In this document: positions 19,835 through 20,229 of the stretch, in pieces | Numbering within the stretch: position 1 is the first letter of the stretch | Layout: each line of letters starts with the position of its first letter | Assembly: GCA_037442825.1 (NCBI GenBank) | Contig: JBBIPN010000017.1 | Span: 1-20,229 of the forward strand | DNA length: 20,229 nt | Origin: Sulfurihydrogenibium sp. | GTDB taxonomy: Bacteria; Aquificota; Aquificia; Aquificales; Hydrogenothermaceae | Direction of reading: 5' to 3' | Translations under genes and position numbers: made by a program | The notes under the pieces: model-generated | Told to the model about the DNA's origin: nothing | Database searches by the model: none | The model's input: only the letters and a program-made list of their open reading frames with translations

Positions 19835-19869
19835 TGCAAATAAAAATTATTTGCAATTATTTTAACATA
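19835..19869 (-). promoter_or_regulatory. Promoter/operator cassette copy 2 (btuB-like operon): extended -10 TGtTAAAAT plus perfect palindrome TGCAAATAA-AAA-TTATTTGCA
   Basis: tgcaaataaaaattatttgcaattattttaacata is 33/35 identical to 16917-16951 and lies 2 nt from the GGAGG RBS. Confidence 0.85.
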
Positions 19870-19902
19870 AGATTAAGTTTATAAATTTATTAAAAATTTA
19901 AC

Positions 19903-19932
19903 TTGATTTTATTATAATTTTTTTGTTAAAAT
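19903..19932 (+). promoter_or_regulatory. Putative sigma70 promoter for the divergent, truncated receptor gene
   Basis: TTGATT (19903-19908), 18-bp spacer, TAAAAT (19927-19932) with a TG extension. Confidence 0.4.
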
Positions 19933-19972
19933 AACATTAAATATAATAATCATTAACAAAAGGAGGATGCTG

Positions 19973-20107
19973 ATGAAAAAAGCACTTTTTTTGGCAGCAA
20001 TTCTATCGTTGAATCTCTTAGCTAGTGGAGAGGAGGTTTTAAAGTTAGAAAAAATTCAGTTTACTGCTACAAAGTCAGAAAGACCAGAGAAAGAAACGCC
20101 AGTTTAG
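19973..20107 (+). pseudogene. Truncated TonB-dependent receptor N-terminus (44 aa: signal peptide plus TonB-box region)
   Basis: AGGAGG RBS at 19961-19966. Translation MKKALFLAAILSLNLLASGEEVLKLEKIQFTATKSERPEKETPV*. LEKIQFTATKSE...ETP matches the usual L-E-x-I-x-V-T-A-T-R/K-x-E...P pattern at the start of TBDRs. Confidence 0.7.
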
Positions 20108-20229
20108 CTATAGTTGTTTCTTTTATTTTTAGAAATGGTGATTACTGTAAATATATTTGTCCTATCGGAGCTATTAACACAGCTTTTAACAGAGTAGGTT
20201 TTACTTGGTTATCTACAAATCAAGAAGAT
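20101..20229 (+). pseudogene. Start-less internal fragment of a membrane-bound 4Fe-4S-binding protein (NapH/MauN/CcoG-type CxxxCP motif), running off the window
   Basis: Translation SLAIVVSFIFRNGDYCKYICPIGAINTAFNRVGFTWLSTNQED. In-frame TAG at 20023-20025 and no ATG/GTG/TTG before the motif. Confidence 0.65.

Noticed and set aside
16917..19869. The 35-bp repeat pair as CRISPR repeats, att sites or transposon ends
   Set aside because: Only two copies 2.9 kb apart, no spacers, and no cas, integrase or transposase genes. Both copies sit precisely at promoter/RBS positions. A historical duplication origin is not excluded.
19824..19972. Cobalamin riboswitch upstream of the btuB-like gene
   Set aside because: The 149-bp region is almost all A/T with no riboswitch-like stems, and the predicted -10 is about 35 nt from the start codon.

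Overview
AT-rich bacterial chromosomal window. The protein style and the split ATP synthase operon with b and b' suggest Aquificota (Hydrogenothermaceae-like), which is an inference. The left 14.5 kb is housekeeping: a 5'-truncated YmdB-family phosphoesterase, an aldo/keto reductase, an S41 protease and tsaD (+); atpF'-atpF-atpH-atpA-atpG-atpD (-), with no atpC, atpB or atpE; a 6TM K+ channel with RCK domain and hemD (+); and an amidase, coaX and DUF445 (-). The right 5.6 kb holds the most interesting locus. B12-independent methionine synthase (metE) and a BtuB-like TonB-dependent receptor operon are each preceded by the same 35-bp promoter/operator cassette (33/35 identical). They flank a Fur-family regulator that has lost the canonical His metal-sensing cluster, and neither predicted leader has room for a cobalamin riboswitch. 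This looks like a protein-controlled, riboswitch-free B12/cobalt-limitation regulon with a candidate new inner-membrane transporter (hypothesis). Also found: an unannotated 27-aa membrane ORF after atpD, an internal RBS and Met that could yield a soluble RCK subunit, and a deletion-type chimeric pseudogene at the right edge.
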